Source: Octopus sinensis (lineage: Eukaryota). From it: 37,505 nucleotides of DNA. Position numbers and translations under genes: made by a program. The stretch covers positions 1 to 37,505 of the forward strand of contig NW_021835859.1 in the NCBI RefSeq assembly GCF_006345805.1, in the 5' to 3' direction. The notes under the pieces are model-generated. The model did not search any database. It was not told where the DNA came from and saw only the letters and a list, made by a program, of their open reading frames with translations. This document shows positions 1 to 11,494 of the stretch, in pieces (position 1 is the first letter of the stretch; each line of letters opens with the position of its first letter).

Positions 1-969
1 ATATATCTACTCATTAACTAAGCGTTTTTAGACACCCTATGAAGGAAAACGAACAATACCAAGGGATCCGTAACCCACACTTTGTGAATACAGAATGACA
101 TTCCACTTTAAAAGAATGAAGCACTACACACAATAAAGAGATGAAGACATAATAAATTCACAATGAAAAATATCAAACGAGCATTCTCATCATCAGCTGC
201 AGATATATCTGTCTCTGTGTCTATGTGTCTGTCTATCTATATGTATGTTTCTATATATATATCTATGAATGTATATATGAATGTATATATATATTTACAT
301 ACAAGGACTCTTTATAGCTTTTACACAAAAACATATTTCAAAGAAAGATATAAAAAATGATTTTCTTATACGGTCATTCAATGAAGATTGGCTTTAAGTA
401 GGAGAGGAAGAAAGAACTATATGAAATCCATTATCAGTAGAAACCTATATAAAGGAAATTAGCCAAAGAATTTGTTGAAAAATATCTCATCAGTCTTAGT
501 TAAAAAGGAATCTTTAAAAGATGATGATTCTTTATCATTTAAAAGAAGATAGCAATCAAGTCTACACAACAATGTTTAATGAAAAACAACGCTATGGAGA
601 ACCAATCGAATGATTTTCATTGGAACAATAAACTAGTGAAAAACTGAAAGTATAGATGTCGGAAATTAATCATAAAACAAACCCACAATAAAGCTTATAA
701 AATATATTCACCTATGTAAAGATATCAGAAACATTACAAAAGAACTACGCGTATCATAGGAGCATCTATTTATCTATGTAACATGGGGATACAACAAAAC
801 TAAAAAGATGAATGTTGTTTGAAGAATTCTAAGTAAATAGTGCAATAGCAACCAAGATATCCCAGTGGATTTATGAATATAGATAACACGAAAAATTAAA
901 TTGAGCAAATATTAAAGCAGTGAATGAATTAAAATTATGCATACACACATACAGGAGTACAAACGCACA

Positions 970-1037
970 TGTGAAATTGTCTGTTGAAACAAATCGTTTT
1001 ATGTCTTGGGAGGGTCATTATCTCAAAGTTAATACAA

Positions 1038-1039
<2 letters not shown>
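970..1039 (-). mobile_element. Short fragment of the 5' region of the Dong/R4-like LINE family seen at ~12.8 kb
   Basis: Minus strand aatgaccctcccaagacataaaacgatttgtttcaacag (MTLPRHKTICFN) matches 12821-12860 aatgactctcccagacataacagaatatgcttcaacac (MTLPRHNRICFN); adjoins a (TAA)n tract. Confidence 0.55.
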
Positions 1040-1084
<45 letters not shown>

Positions 1085-1098
1085 TATTAATAATAATA
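1038..1098. repeat. (AAT)n microsatellite
   Basis: Direct reading. Confidence 0.97.
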
Positions 1099-1313
1099 TC
1101 CATGTACGCACGTTTATATATGCAGAAATGCGTTCATACATAATGTCTATGTGTGCGTATATACAGATATGTATGTATACATATTTAACAGGAGTTTGTA
1201 AATACGCAGGAAATTAATCACAGATCCCTTGTGTATAGACTTAGAGAATTTAATAAAAGCAACCACATTTCATAGTACAGAAGAGATGTTAACTCGTTTG
1301 GATATATTGTTTA

Positions 1314-1705
1314 CTAGCAGTATCGCCCGGCGTTGCTCGGGTTTGTTTCGACCCTTTAGGATTGGAATTTTGAAAAGTAAAAATTTTGTATTAAGTAGCT
1401 TGTTATTTTCCTTAAGTGAATATTTTTTCTGGTTGAAATACACCCAAAAATTTTGACACAGCAGTCAAAAAATCGTAAAAAAATATAGATGTTCATAGAC
1501 AAAAAGCACCTTTTTGATGTAGATAATTTTTGGTGTTTAAATGGTCCCATTTGAATTTTTTCTTCTACGGAAGGAAGAGCAAGCCTTCTATCATATTCTC
1601 AATTTTGGTCAACTTGTGCCACAGTGTCTCGGAGGAGATAGTGTTATTTGAAGGCTACCAAACCTGCCATACACAGACAACTTCAGCTTTATATAGAGAG
1701 AGAGA
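1314..1705 (-). mobile_element. Non-autonomous Helitron, complete, ~390 bp
   Basis: Minus strand begins A|TC (tctctctctctatataaagctgaag). It ends with a GC-rich hairpin cccgagcaacgccggg about 8 nt before CTAG|T (1314-1317). These are canonical Helitron termini with an AT target and no TSD. Confidence 0.8.
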
Positions 1706-1904
1706 TATGTATATACGGTCAACACAGACACTGCATGCATCTGTTTTGTACGCATAAATGCTCGTGTGTGTGTGTGTGACTGAAGCCATTCACACATACA
1801 TACATACATAACAATACCTGTCTGTCTGTTTTTGTCAGTCAATCACTCACTAAATAAAAAATTAATCTGTAATCTCTCTCTCTCCCTCCCTCTCTTTACA
1901 CCAT

Positions 1905-2145
1905 CGCTAGAAGGGGACTTAACTCATATTTTGTAAACAATAATGGCGTCACTACAGTGGATTTGTCCGCCGTGAAAATTGAAGTTATGCCTCAAAATTA
2001 TTTACAGCTATCCGCGGGTGCCTCGCGGGAAAATAATTTGACGAAAATACAGCTAGGACCGTGACGAATGTCCTCCTAAAATTTGAGCGGCATGCGTGCT
2101 AATTTGTGGATGTGCATAAACTACAAGCACGTACACACACACACA

Positions 2146-2183
<38 letters not shown>

Positions 2184-2207
2184 CCTGCCTTATATTATAT
2201 ATACAGA
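1905..2207 (-). mobile_element. Probable 3'-truncated non-autonomous Helitron carrying a (CA)n/(TG)n tract
   Basis: Minus strand starts A|TCtgtatatataatataagg followed by (TG)n, as in microsatellite-carrying Lep1-type Helitrons. No clear 3' hairpin; left boundary uncertain. Confidence 0.45.
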
Positions 2208-2299
2208 TATATTGACACAGGTATTACGTCAATGAAATTGTTCTCTTTAAAACAGCATTCGTGATCTACAAATGTGTGGAAGAATTCGAAGATATAATC

Positions 2300-2552
2300 T
2301 TTTCGTATTTTATTCTTTTACTTGTTTCAGTCATTTGACTGGGGCCATGCTGGAGCACCAACTGAAATGGATTTATTCGAAAAAAATGACCCTGGAACTT
2401 ATTCTGTGTAAGGCTAGTTCTTATTTTATCGGTCTATTTTGTCTAACCGCTAGATTACAGAGAGATGAATACACCACCATAGATTGTAAAGGCAGGGCGC
2501 CAAATACACACATACAGACACATTTATATATACTTACATATATGTATGTATG

Positions 2553-2584
<32 letters not shown>

Positions 2585-2716
2585 CGACGGGCTTCTCACA
2601 AGGCTTTGGAGGGCCCAAGGCTATAGTAGAAGACACCTGCTCAATGTGCCACGCAGTGGGACTGAACCTGGAACCTTGCAGTTGGGAAGGAAGCCGCTTA
2701 CCACGCAGGTACGCCT
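2300..2716 (-). mobile_element. tRNA-derived SINE, family A (diverged copy) with internal microsatellite
   Basis: Reverse complement aligns by eye with 7262-7686: head ggttccaggttcagtcccactgcgtggcac and tail ggtgctccagcatggccccagtcaaatgactgaaacaagtaaaaga. Confidence 0.9.
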
Positions 2717-2751
2717 AATCTAACCGTTTGACACATTAAGAAGCTTTCTAC

Positions 2752-2948
2752 ATTCTATCTGTCTATCTATCTACTTATGTAACTATCTATCTATCCAGCT
2801 AGCTAGCTGCCTACCTGCCAAATCTGCCAACCTATCTACCCACCCACCTGCTAACATACCTGCCTATGTAACTTCCTACCTACCTACCTACATACATACC
2901 TACCTACATACATACCTACATACACACCTATCTTCTTACCTAGCTTGC

Positions 2949-3002
<54 letters not shown>

Positions 3003-3003
3003 T

Positions 3004-3044
<41 letters not shown>

Positions 3045-3045
3045 C
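2752..3045. repeat. Compound tetranucleotide microsatellite (CTAT/CTAC/TACA, then (GATA)n)
   Basis: Direct reading. Confidence 0.95.
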
Positions 3046-3512
3046 AATAATATTGATATATGCACCCGAAAATCATGTCATGTGGTTTTCATATTTGCTT
3101 GAAACACTTTCATTTCAGTTAGTTATGAACCGAATGAGATTACGACTGTAAAGACGATGTAAAAATATTTTAATATTACTAATTATAATAGACAAGTTTT
3201 CTTGAAACCATCACGTACATTACAGGTAATTATATACTGGGCTATATAATATCGAAATTAAAATGAACTGTACTCTTATTTTAAGAGGTAAATATAGTAA
3301 ACGTGAAATTACTTCACCTCTTGCATGGCATATGAATTATCAGCCATCTCTTTAATATTGTACGTAACGCACACACACTGATATGCGTGTATATGTAAAT
3401 GTAAACATTATAAATGAATATATGGAGTTATGTGTAACAAGTAATGTATGCATATTTCTATGATTTCTTTGTACGTACATCTGTGCGCAAATTAACCTGT
3501 TCACACTAGGCT

Positions 3513-3689
<177 letters not shown>

Positions 3690-4243
3690 CGAAGAGGGGA
3701 TCGATAAATGTTTAAAAGGAGCACATTTGTGAACAACAACTACCAGAATGGAAAAATAGAAAACAAAAAAATTCTATTCATAGAATATTTCCAAGGTGTC
3801 CTTATTGTACTTAACCAAGGCATTAAGAATAAAAATAAATATCAGAATATGAATGATATAAAAACGAATGAGCGAATACACGTAAAAAATTATATATATT
3901 AATGAAATATCCTACAATGTAGTTGAACATTGCCTAGGGACCAAATTTAATGAATAAACAAATAAGAAAATACAGCTATACATATCCTCTCATCTGTGTA
4001 CTTTTAATAATAATGGTTATAGAAGAAGCATAAATATGAAAGACTGGGTGAAAGATTTGTAAAGAGTGGGAAAGGGTTTGTTGAAGAAAGAAAGCAACGA
4101 ACGCAGATGGTAAAAGACTGAAAGAAAGACACATATAACCACATGCACAAATATAAACCAATACTTTGAAGACGGAAAACGATTTTCGAAATATGGTTAT
4201 CCGGTACGACGGGAACGACAACACTCAAGAAAATTATAATATA

Positions 4244-4882
4244 CTAGTGGGAGTGAACCCGGAAGCATGTGGCTGTGAGTAAGTTTCTTACCACTCAGTC
4301 GCCGCTGTGACCATGAGTGCATATTTAAAGAATAGAGGGGGAAGAGCCAACGGCATAGAGTACTAAAGCATTAGGAGAGTTTACAAGTCATAACATTTTC
4401 CTTTGTTAACCATTCGATTTCCTGTACACATTCTGAGTACTCTTGAAAATAAGTCAACTATTTTTTTGCAAAGAATAAAGAATATACCAGTTATCAATAT
4501 TATTTGTTCTTACTCACAAACACAACTCGAATATTGAAAGCCAATCGGTATTAAAATAAATTAATTTGATTTAGTTACCCGCAAAAACAAAAAAGTTATT
4601 TGATAGCATAACTGATGATTGAACTTTAACGTCGTTTGCCATGATTAGAGTTGCCTCCTGATTCGCATCTGTCCAAAAATAGTTGACTTACTTTGAAGAG
4701 TGCATAAAAGGTGTACGGGAAATCGAACGGTTAATAAAGGAAAGTGTTATGACTAGTAAATTCTCCTAATGCCGTGGGGATTTCCCCTCTATTGTTTAAA
4801 TATGTACTCAAAGTAACAGGAGCGACTCAGTGGTAAGAAATTTCTTTAGCGGCCACAAGCTTTCCGCTTCAGCCCCACTAAG
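4244..4882. repeat. Old inverted duplication: arms ~4244-4470 and ~4672-4882, spacer ~200 bp
   Basis: Left arm gcattaggagagtttacaagtcataacattttcctttgttaaccattcgatttcctgtacac matches the reverse complement of the right arm gcattaggagaatttactagtcataacactttcctttattaaccgttcgatttcccgtacac. Outer ends contain a SINE-A head. Confidence 0.9.
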
Positions 4883-5090
4883 TGGCACCTTGGCAACTGC
4901 CAGCCACTATAATCTGTTACATATATATCAGTATGTATGTGTGTGTGGGGAGGGGAAGGTAGGGTATATTTATATTTATCTCCCTCCATCGCTTGACATC
5001 GTTTGTCAACGTAACCTAGCAGTTCGGCAAAAGAAAGCTATAGACTAAATATTAAGCCTAAGAAAATAATTCCTAGGGTAGATTTGTTCA
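4817..5090 (+). mobile_element. SINE family A, degraded and internally deleted
   Basis: Head gtggtaagaa...ttcagccccactaagtggcaccttggc and tail cgtaacctagcagttcggcaaaaga resemble 7262-7686. Confidence 0.75.
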
Positions 5091-7261
5091 GTGTGAATAT
5101 GTGAAACGTAGGATCTGTATTGGAAAATGTTTATAATTCTTTATGCGCGTTTCCTACGTACCCATGTATTTTGTAGAGAAATATCCAAACGTACCTCTTT
5201 TTCTTATCAAAGAATGCCTTTATGGCAATATAAAGGAATGCCAGTATAAAGGAATGCGGTCTCCATTGATGTTATATTTTCTGAATAAAACGGTTCTTTT
5301 CTAAATTCATTTGTCAAGAACAAGTGTAAAATAGAAAATGTATTACTATTTACAGAGGTGAGTTAATAGACAAACTGCATGTGGAGAGACTGTCTATTAT
5401 ATCTCGGTTAAATATGTCGCACATGATTAAAAACAATATTATATAATCCAGATAAGAACGCTAATGTCAAGAGACAAAGACTAAGAAATACATTAGTGTA
5501 CGCGCTTTACCCAAGATATTCCTTAGGCTCTCCTTGAAGAATTATAGCAATTCAATTTTCAGTTATTATAACAGTGTTTATTTTCTAAAATACAGAAATG
5601 GACATGAATGTTTCAAAATATCGATCCGTCAAGATATTAACGATTCTAATATTTATTTTTTCTTATTCTGTTCTGAGCATAATGCCTAAAATACCATAAA
5701 TTCATATACGCCATCTTGTATTTCTTTTAAAAATCTACAATTGATAAAAGAGGTCTTTGAAATTGACTTTTATCTTTAATACAACATTTTTAATATATAT
5801 TATGCATTTATTTCTGTACGATTGCTCAATGAAATTTTTCAAAATATATAAAACATAATTATAAGAAGAAGTATATTCCCCCATTAGAAATTTCAAAACT
5901 CAAAACAACAACGGCAGAATATTTCTAAAACTTGTCCTTTAATACAAATCAATAAATCATATATATTGATAATAATTTTGTGAATCATAAATATTTGAAT
6001 AATTCAATATATTTATGAATTAGTTTTCTTCATTACTCTATTTGATATACACCCTAAATATTATTGCAATATATGATATGCATGCGATGGATTACTTCTT
6101 ACAATGATGATGAAATTATCCCTGATGAAAAAATACCCTGCTTATCTATGTATGCATCTTTGCGTGTGATTGTATGTATGCGTGTCTCTATGTGCACATC
6201 TGCATGTATTTGTATAGATACATACACGCACACACACACACACATATATATATGCGTGTATGTATCAATATATTTATGTATGCAACTGTACTATTTCTGC
6301 ATGCATGCAAACGCATATTTGTTTACGGAAAATGTATATGATAATTTTATTAAGAATGCATTTAATAAATATTCATATAAAAGCATTTAAACAAACAAGT
6401 TTTATTCATTGTGTTTATTGGTCCATTGCTTTTGATGAAATCATTTTAATATTTCCTCATGAGAACGTTTGCATCAAATGGCTTTCTAATCGTGTACAGA
6501 TTTCAATATGGCAGCCAACTAGACGTCAGTGATTTAGCGTCGACACGCCAAGTTAATTCCAATACATGTTTGACAAGCCACCCATAAAAAGAAACTTATT
6601 TGAAAAGAAATATCGTAAGCTAAAATATAATTAGAAACAAATAGGAAAATAAATCTAAATGCGCATGCATAGAAAATATAAGCGTTAAGACAGTGCATTG
6701 ATAGAAGACGGCAAAAGCGATATACAAGGAAGTTAAAATAGATATAGAGATAGTAACATGAAAATGGTTTAAATTGATGAATCGATTGAACCAAATGAAA
6801 GGAATTTACCAATAAAATGTTATAAAGAATTTACGTCAAATTTTGGATATATGATTATGTAATATTGTAAAGCCAAGGTGTAGTATTGCTCCATGTTCAA
6901 AATATAGTTTTGATCGAGTATTGAATAATAAAATCATGCATATCTCTGTGTGTGTGTCTGTGTGTTAGTGCCTGCGTGTGATCGTGTGCGTGTGTGCATG
7001 TGTGTGTTAGTATGTGTTGTCGTGTACGTATATACGTATCTATATGTATATGTGGGAAATATATATATGTACGTGAATATCTGTATATATACCTGTCTAT
7101 GTGAATAAGTTCATGCTTTATAAGAATTTGTGAACAAAATGAGGTTACAAAGAAAGTAGGGATGTCTTCGTAGGTAATAAATGAGACCAACTACCGGATG
7201 AAATGATGAATTCCGTCGGAATTCAACGTTTAAATGTGAAGAGAAAGAAATATTGACAGTA

Positions 7262-7686
7262 GGCGCAGGAGTGGCTGTGTGGTAAGTAGCTTGCTAACCA
7301 ACCATATGGTTCCGGGTTCAGTCCCACTGCGTGGCATCTTGGGCAAGTGTCTTCTGCTATAGCCCCGGGCCGACTAATGCCTTGTGAGTGGATTTGGTAG
7401 ACGGAAACTGAAAGAAGCCTGTCGTATATATGTATATATATATATGTATGTGTGTGTGTTTGTGTTTGTTCTCCTAGCATTGCTTGACAACCGATGCTGA
7501 TGTGTTTACGTCCCCGTAACTTAGCGGTTCGGCAAAAAAAGAAAAGAAAAAGAGACCGATAGAATAAGTACTGGGCTTACAAAAAGAATAGGTCCCGGGG
7601 TCGAGTTGCTCGACTAAAGGCGGTGCTCCAGCATGGCCGCAGTCAAATGACTGAAACAAGTAAAAGAGTAAAGAGTAAAGAGAGTA
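7262..7686 (+). mobile_element. tRNA-derived SINE, family A, full length and well preserved
   Basis: A-box-like tggctgtgtggtaag, B-box-like ggttcagtccc, CORE-like gcatcttgggcaagtgtctt, internal (TA)/(TG) tract, repeated aagagta tail; several other copies in the window. Confidence 0.92.
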
Positions 7687-7789
7687 TTTCACTTGTTAAA
7701 TCGCAACGATCCGATCTTTCAACATTTACCGTAGACCCTACCACTTGTAGATAATCTTCCCACATTCACTCAAAGTCCCTGTACGCAAA

Positions 7790-8235
7790 TATACAACAAT
7801 ACAGACGGACTACAGCAAATATTCTGCTGAATGCCACAGATTTACTTGTCAGTTGATTCAGCCTAATCAGTTGAGCATGTCTTTGGTGGCTCACAATATG
7901 TGCATCTCTGATCACAAGTAGAAGTAGTGGTGGAACATCATAACCTCTGGAAACATGGTTGTTATGTTCACCATCCTTGAACAAATCTTAATCTGGGACG
8001 ATTTAAGCGGGGATGGACTACTCAACCTGAAAAAAACTTCTAACTGGGCCCCACCTGCAAGGTCATGCGTTGTTTATATTGATATGCGATCGCCTTGTCG
8101 CGTATATATGATTGTAATTCATGTGCATGGTATACCCTTATCAGACGGATAAGCATGATGGGTATATTTGGCCTCGTATAATTGTAACCCAGTGTCACTT
8201 GGATGGGATGCACCTGCTCTCTCACTCAATAATAG
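7790..8235 (+). mobile_element. Non-coding interspersed retro-like element (family C) ending in a TAA tail
   Basis: Homologous to 8318-8765 (inverted) and 22810-22955; ends ctctctcactcaataatagtaata. Confidence 0.75.
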
Positions 8236-8278
8236 TAATATTGGTGTTACTGTTGTTGCACTGGTTGTTGTTGTTGTT

Positions 8279-8316
<38 letters not shown>

Positions 8317-8325
8317 CATTATTAT
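8236..8325. repeat. (TTG)n/(TAA)n compound microsatellite
   Basis: Direct reading. Confidence 0.9.
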
Positions 8326-8765
8326 TGAGTGAAAGTGTAATACATGCCAACAAAGTGACACTGTGATAAAATATAGGAAGACCAATATACTCATCATGAC
8401 TACCTATATGATAAGAGTACACCAGGTACATGCATCACAATCATATGTGCGCGGCATGGTGATCTCATATCAAGACAAACAGCACATGACCTTGCATGTA
8501 GGTCCCAGTTAAGGTTTGCTTCAGGTCGAGTAGGCCATCCTACAGAAAAGGTCCATGAATAAGATGTGTTTTGATGATAATGAACAAAACATCTATGGAC
8601 TCTTGTCATCACGTGGCTATGATGCTTCCCCGTTACTTCTGTTCGTGATCAGAGATGCACATATTGTCAGCACCCAAGGGAAAGCTCAAATTGTTAATGT
8701 CGAAATACTCTTAAGCAAATCTATGGTTTTGGGCAGAATATTTGCTGTAGTTCATCTTTTTATGC
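8318..8765 (-). mobile_element. Family C element, opposite orientation (tail-to-tail with 7790-8235)
   Basis: gtgatcagagatgcacatattgt (8645-8667) is the reverse complement of acaatatgtgcatctctgatcac (7893-7915); cagaatatttgctgtagt mirrors actacagcaaatattctg. Confidence 0.8.
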
Positions 8766-8894
8766 GAGGACAAAACAATGTACAAATATGGCACTTCCAA
8801 TGCGAGGAACAGAAGCAATGAGAGCCACTGTTTGATACCCCATCAATACACATATCATTATTATTATTATTATTATTACTATTATTATTATCAT

Positions 8895-9565
8895 CATCAT
8901 TGCCTTTGCACAGCTTCTAACTCTGGAGATGTACTACAGTGTCAGCTGTTCACTACCAGTAAACTAAGGTATTTTTCAAGCATCTTCTGGAGTATTCGAG
9001 CGGTTCCAAGCAGTGCTGTTTTCTGCAAGTGCTCCACCCTTATTGCAGCCCCTATTTGTTCCACGTACTTCTCGAGATGTTTGCTCATTGTTCCCAGGGC
9101 ACCGACAATTATTAGTACTACTGCTACCTTTTTCATCAACCACAACTGCTTAACTTCCCAAGCTAACCTGTCATATCTTTCAAGTTTTCTTTCTTCCTTA
9201 TCGCATACCTTATTGTCGGCTGGACATGCTATATCTATGATCCAACATAGTATTTGTTTTCTTTCTCAATTAAGGCTATGTCCGACTTCATATTCTCTCA
9301 TGGTCGCACTTAATCAAAAAATCCCATAGTATCTTTGCATTTCTATTTTCGACGATGCCTTCAGGTATGTAGTCGTACCAATTTTTTGATCTGTCAAGTT
9401 CATACTTGTTGCAGAGTGCCCAATGTACAAGCCTGGCTATATTGTCATGGTGTCTCTTATATTCCTTCTCATTTAGTGGTGTACATTGGCTGGTAATATG
9501 CCATAGAGTTTCACCGTTTTGTCCACAGATTCTGTACTTATCACTGTCTGCTGTGCTGTGTTGTC
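8895..9565 (-). mobile_element. 5'-truncated R4/Dong-clade LINE (zinc knuckle, restriction-like endonuclease, 3' UTR) inside a (TAA)n tract
   Basis: Minus translation RICGQNGETLWHITSQC...HDNIARLVHW...KILWDF...IDIACPAD...IIVGALG...LQKTALLGTARIL; flanked by TTA/TTG repeats on both sides (8853-8900, 9570-9705). Confidence 0.9.
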
Positions 9566-9708
9566 TATATTTTATTATTGTTATTATTATTATTGTTATT
9601 TTTAATTGTTATTGTTATTATTATTGTTGTTGTTACTATTGTTGTTATTATTATTGTTGTTATTATTATTTTTGTTATTATTATTATTGTTGTTGTTGTT
9701 ATTTTTAA

Positions 9709-9923
9709 GGCGGTGAGCTGTCACAATCATTAGCACGCCGGGCTAAATGCTTCGTGGTATTTTGTCCGTCCTCACGTTCTGAATTCAAATTCCTTCGAGA
9801 TCGACTTTACCGTGTATCTCTCCGAGGTCGAGGAATGACGTACCAGTTGAGTTCTGAGGTGGATGCAGTTATCTTACCCACTTGCTCGAAATTGCTGGCC
9901 TTGTGCCAATACTTGAAACCAAT
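9709..9923 (+). mobile_element. tRNA-derived SINE, family B (diverged)
   Basis: ggcggtgagctgtcacaatcattagcacgccgggc...ttcaaattcc...tcgacttt matches the reverse complement of 16226-16456. Confidence 0.85.
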
Positions 9924-11422
9924 AGTTTTGGTATCATTAAAAAAATACCAGACCCGTATTTATGTTGATTAAATCTAATCATTATAACCGTCATTTAGTT
10001 TTCTTGGACCAGGGTTAACTATTAGTATTAACTATGATTCTATTAATAATTTCATCCACGTTCAGATTTGAAATTTTCTCATGTTCAAAATTTTCTTTCC
10101 GTCCGTGTATTGGAATACGATTAATTCAACTATATTATTCCGCTATACGTTGATAACCTTATGCTAATCAAAGAAATTATGAATGTTGCTACTATTATTT
10201 CTTGTATAATATTAGACTTGAAGGTGACACTAAAGGTTATCTATGAATTGTAACTATGAGTTTGATAATTGCATTTGAACATGCGATAATGGTTGACTTG
10301 GCATTGTAATGTAGCGAAAAGGAATGCATTTAATTTTAAAGCTAGGAATAGAAACAAAAGCTATTAATGTGGAAAAATAAAATAGAAATCAAAGCAGGAA
10401 ATAACTTTTATTTGTCGAAATGTGTTACAACTCGTTCAACAAGAGAATAGCAATATTGATAAAATTATTTGCTACTTAACAATGTTTTTTTCTGAAGCAG
10501 TTACAGCTGGTATTTACCATGTTGTTATTGCGGCGATGTTGGTGAGTTGTTATTCTCTAGTTGTATTTCTTATAAATTATTTATTTCTCATTTTATTTTT
10601 CGCTTTAATCTACATTATTTCTCTTTATGTTTTTTTCAACTGTCATATAATGGGAAAAGAAAAGCAGAGAACTCACCAAGTAGAACGAAGAGGCATATCG
10701 AATATATGACTATTTGGTACTAAGTAAAACAACGTTTGGTGATTACCTATCACTTAAAATATGCACTTTATACCAAACATCTTGTCTAGATGATAAGGTA
10801 TCAGCAGTTCTTTAGAAGAGATGCGTAAAATTTTCAACAAAACTTCCTTTTTTTCAATACCACAGATAAAATAGATTATATGTGATATTAAAAATAAAAT
10901 ATTATTTTAGAAAACATTGAATGTTATTGTTAACGACTTACTGAAATAATGAATTTTGTATAGGTTTCATATGTACACCAGCCAGCTGTGAAACATGTCT
11001 TTTGTAATGGGAAACGAGCACATAAAAACTGAATACTTTTATGTATATATGAGGAAAACAGATACGCAGATACACAGATTAATACAAGTAGATAAATGAA
11101 AAAAAGAAAGAGAGAGAGAAATAGCATTACGTACAGAGTTTTTAGCGATTTCTTTTGTTTTAATTTGTACAAAGAATATATTCATTGTCTTACAAATCAA
11201 ACATTGGGATTTTCCTTTTCATAACGAAAGAACAAACTTTAAAATATATAACCTGCCTACAAACAGCAAAATGTCATGCACGGTTATTTTCCCAAATGGC
11301 TGCAAATTGAAAGCAACATTAACACACGTAGTTAGTCTCTCCTGCGCAGGAAAGGGATATGTTTCACTCTAAAGAACGTGCTTTTGCAATGCAGGGATAA
11401 GAAATATACGCAAAATGCATGA

Positions 11423-11494
11423 TGTCCAAAATGCGATGCGCACAATCCTCATCTATATTGTCCAAAATGCGATGCGCAGAATCCTCATCTATAT
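11423..11494. repeat. 36-bp tandem duplication (2 copies, 1 mismatch)
   Basis: tgtccaaaatgcgatgcgca(c/g)aatcctcatctatat twice. Confidence 0.95.

Noticed and set aside
163-930. Degraded CR1/L2-like RT suspected from FSSSAA and the A-rich strand bias
   Set aside because: No convincing RT core motifs; the same stretch reads better as YWTD-blade remnants (FLYGHSMKI, TWGYNK, RYPSGF, IDNTKN*IE).
10942-11028. Minus-strand exon resembling a Cys-loop receptor (CARFPLQKTC..GWCTY) ending at gtaagt
   Set aside because: Cys spacing does not fit the 13-residue loop, the acceptor is poor and no partner exons were found.
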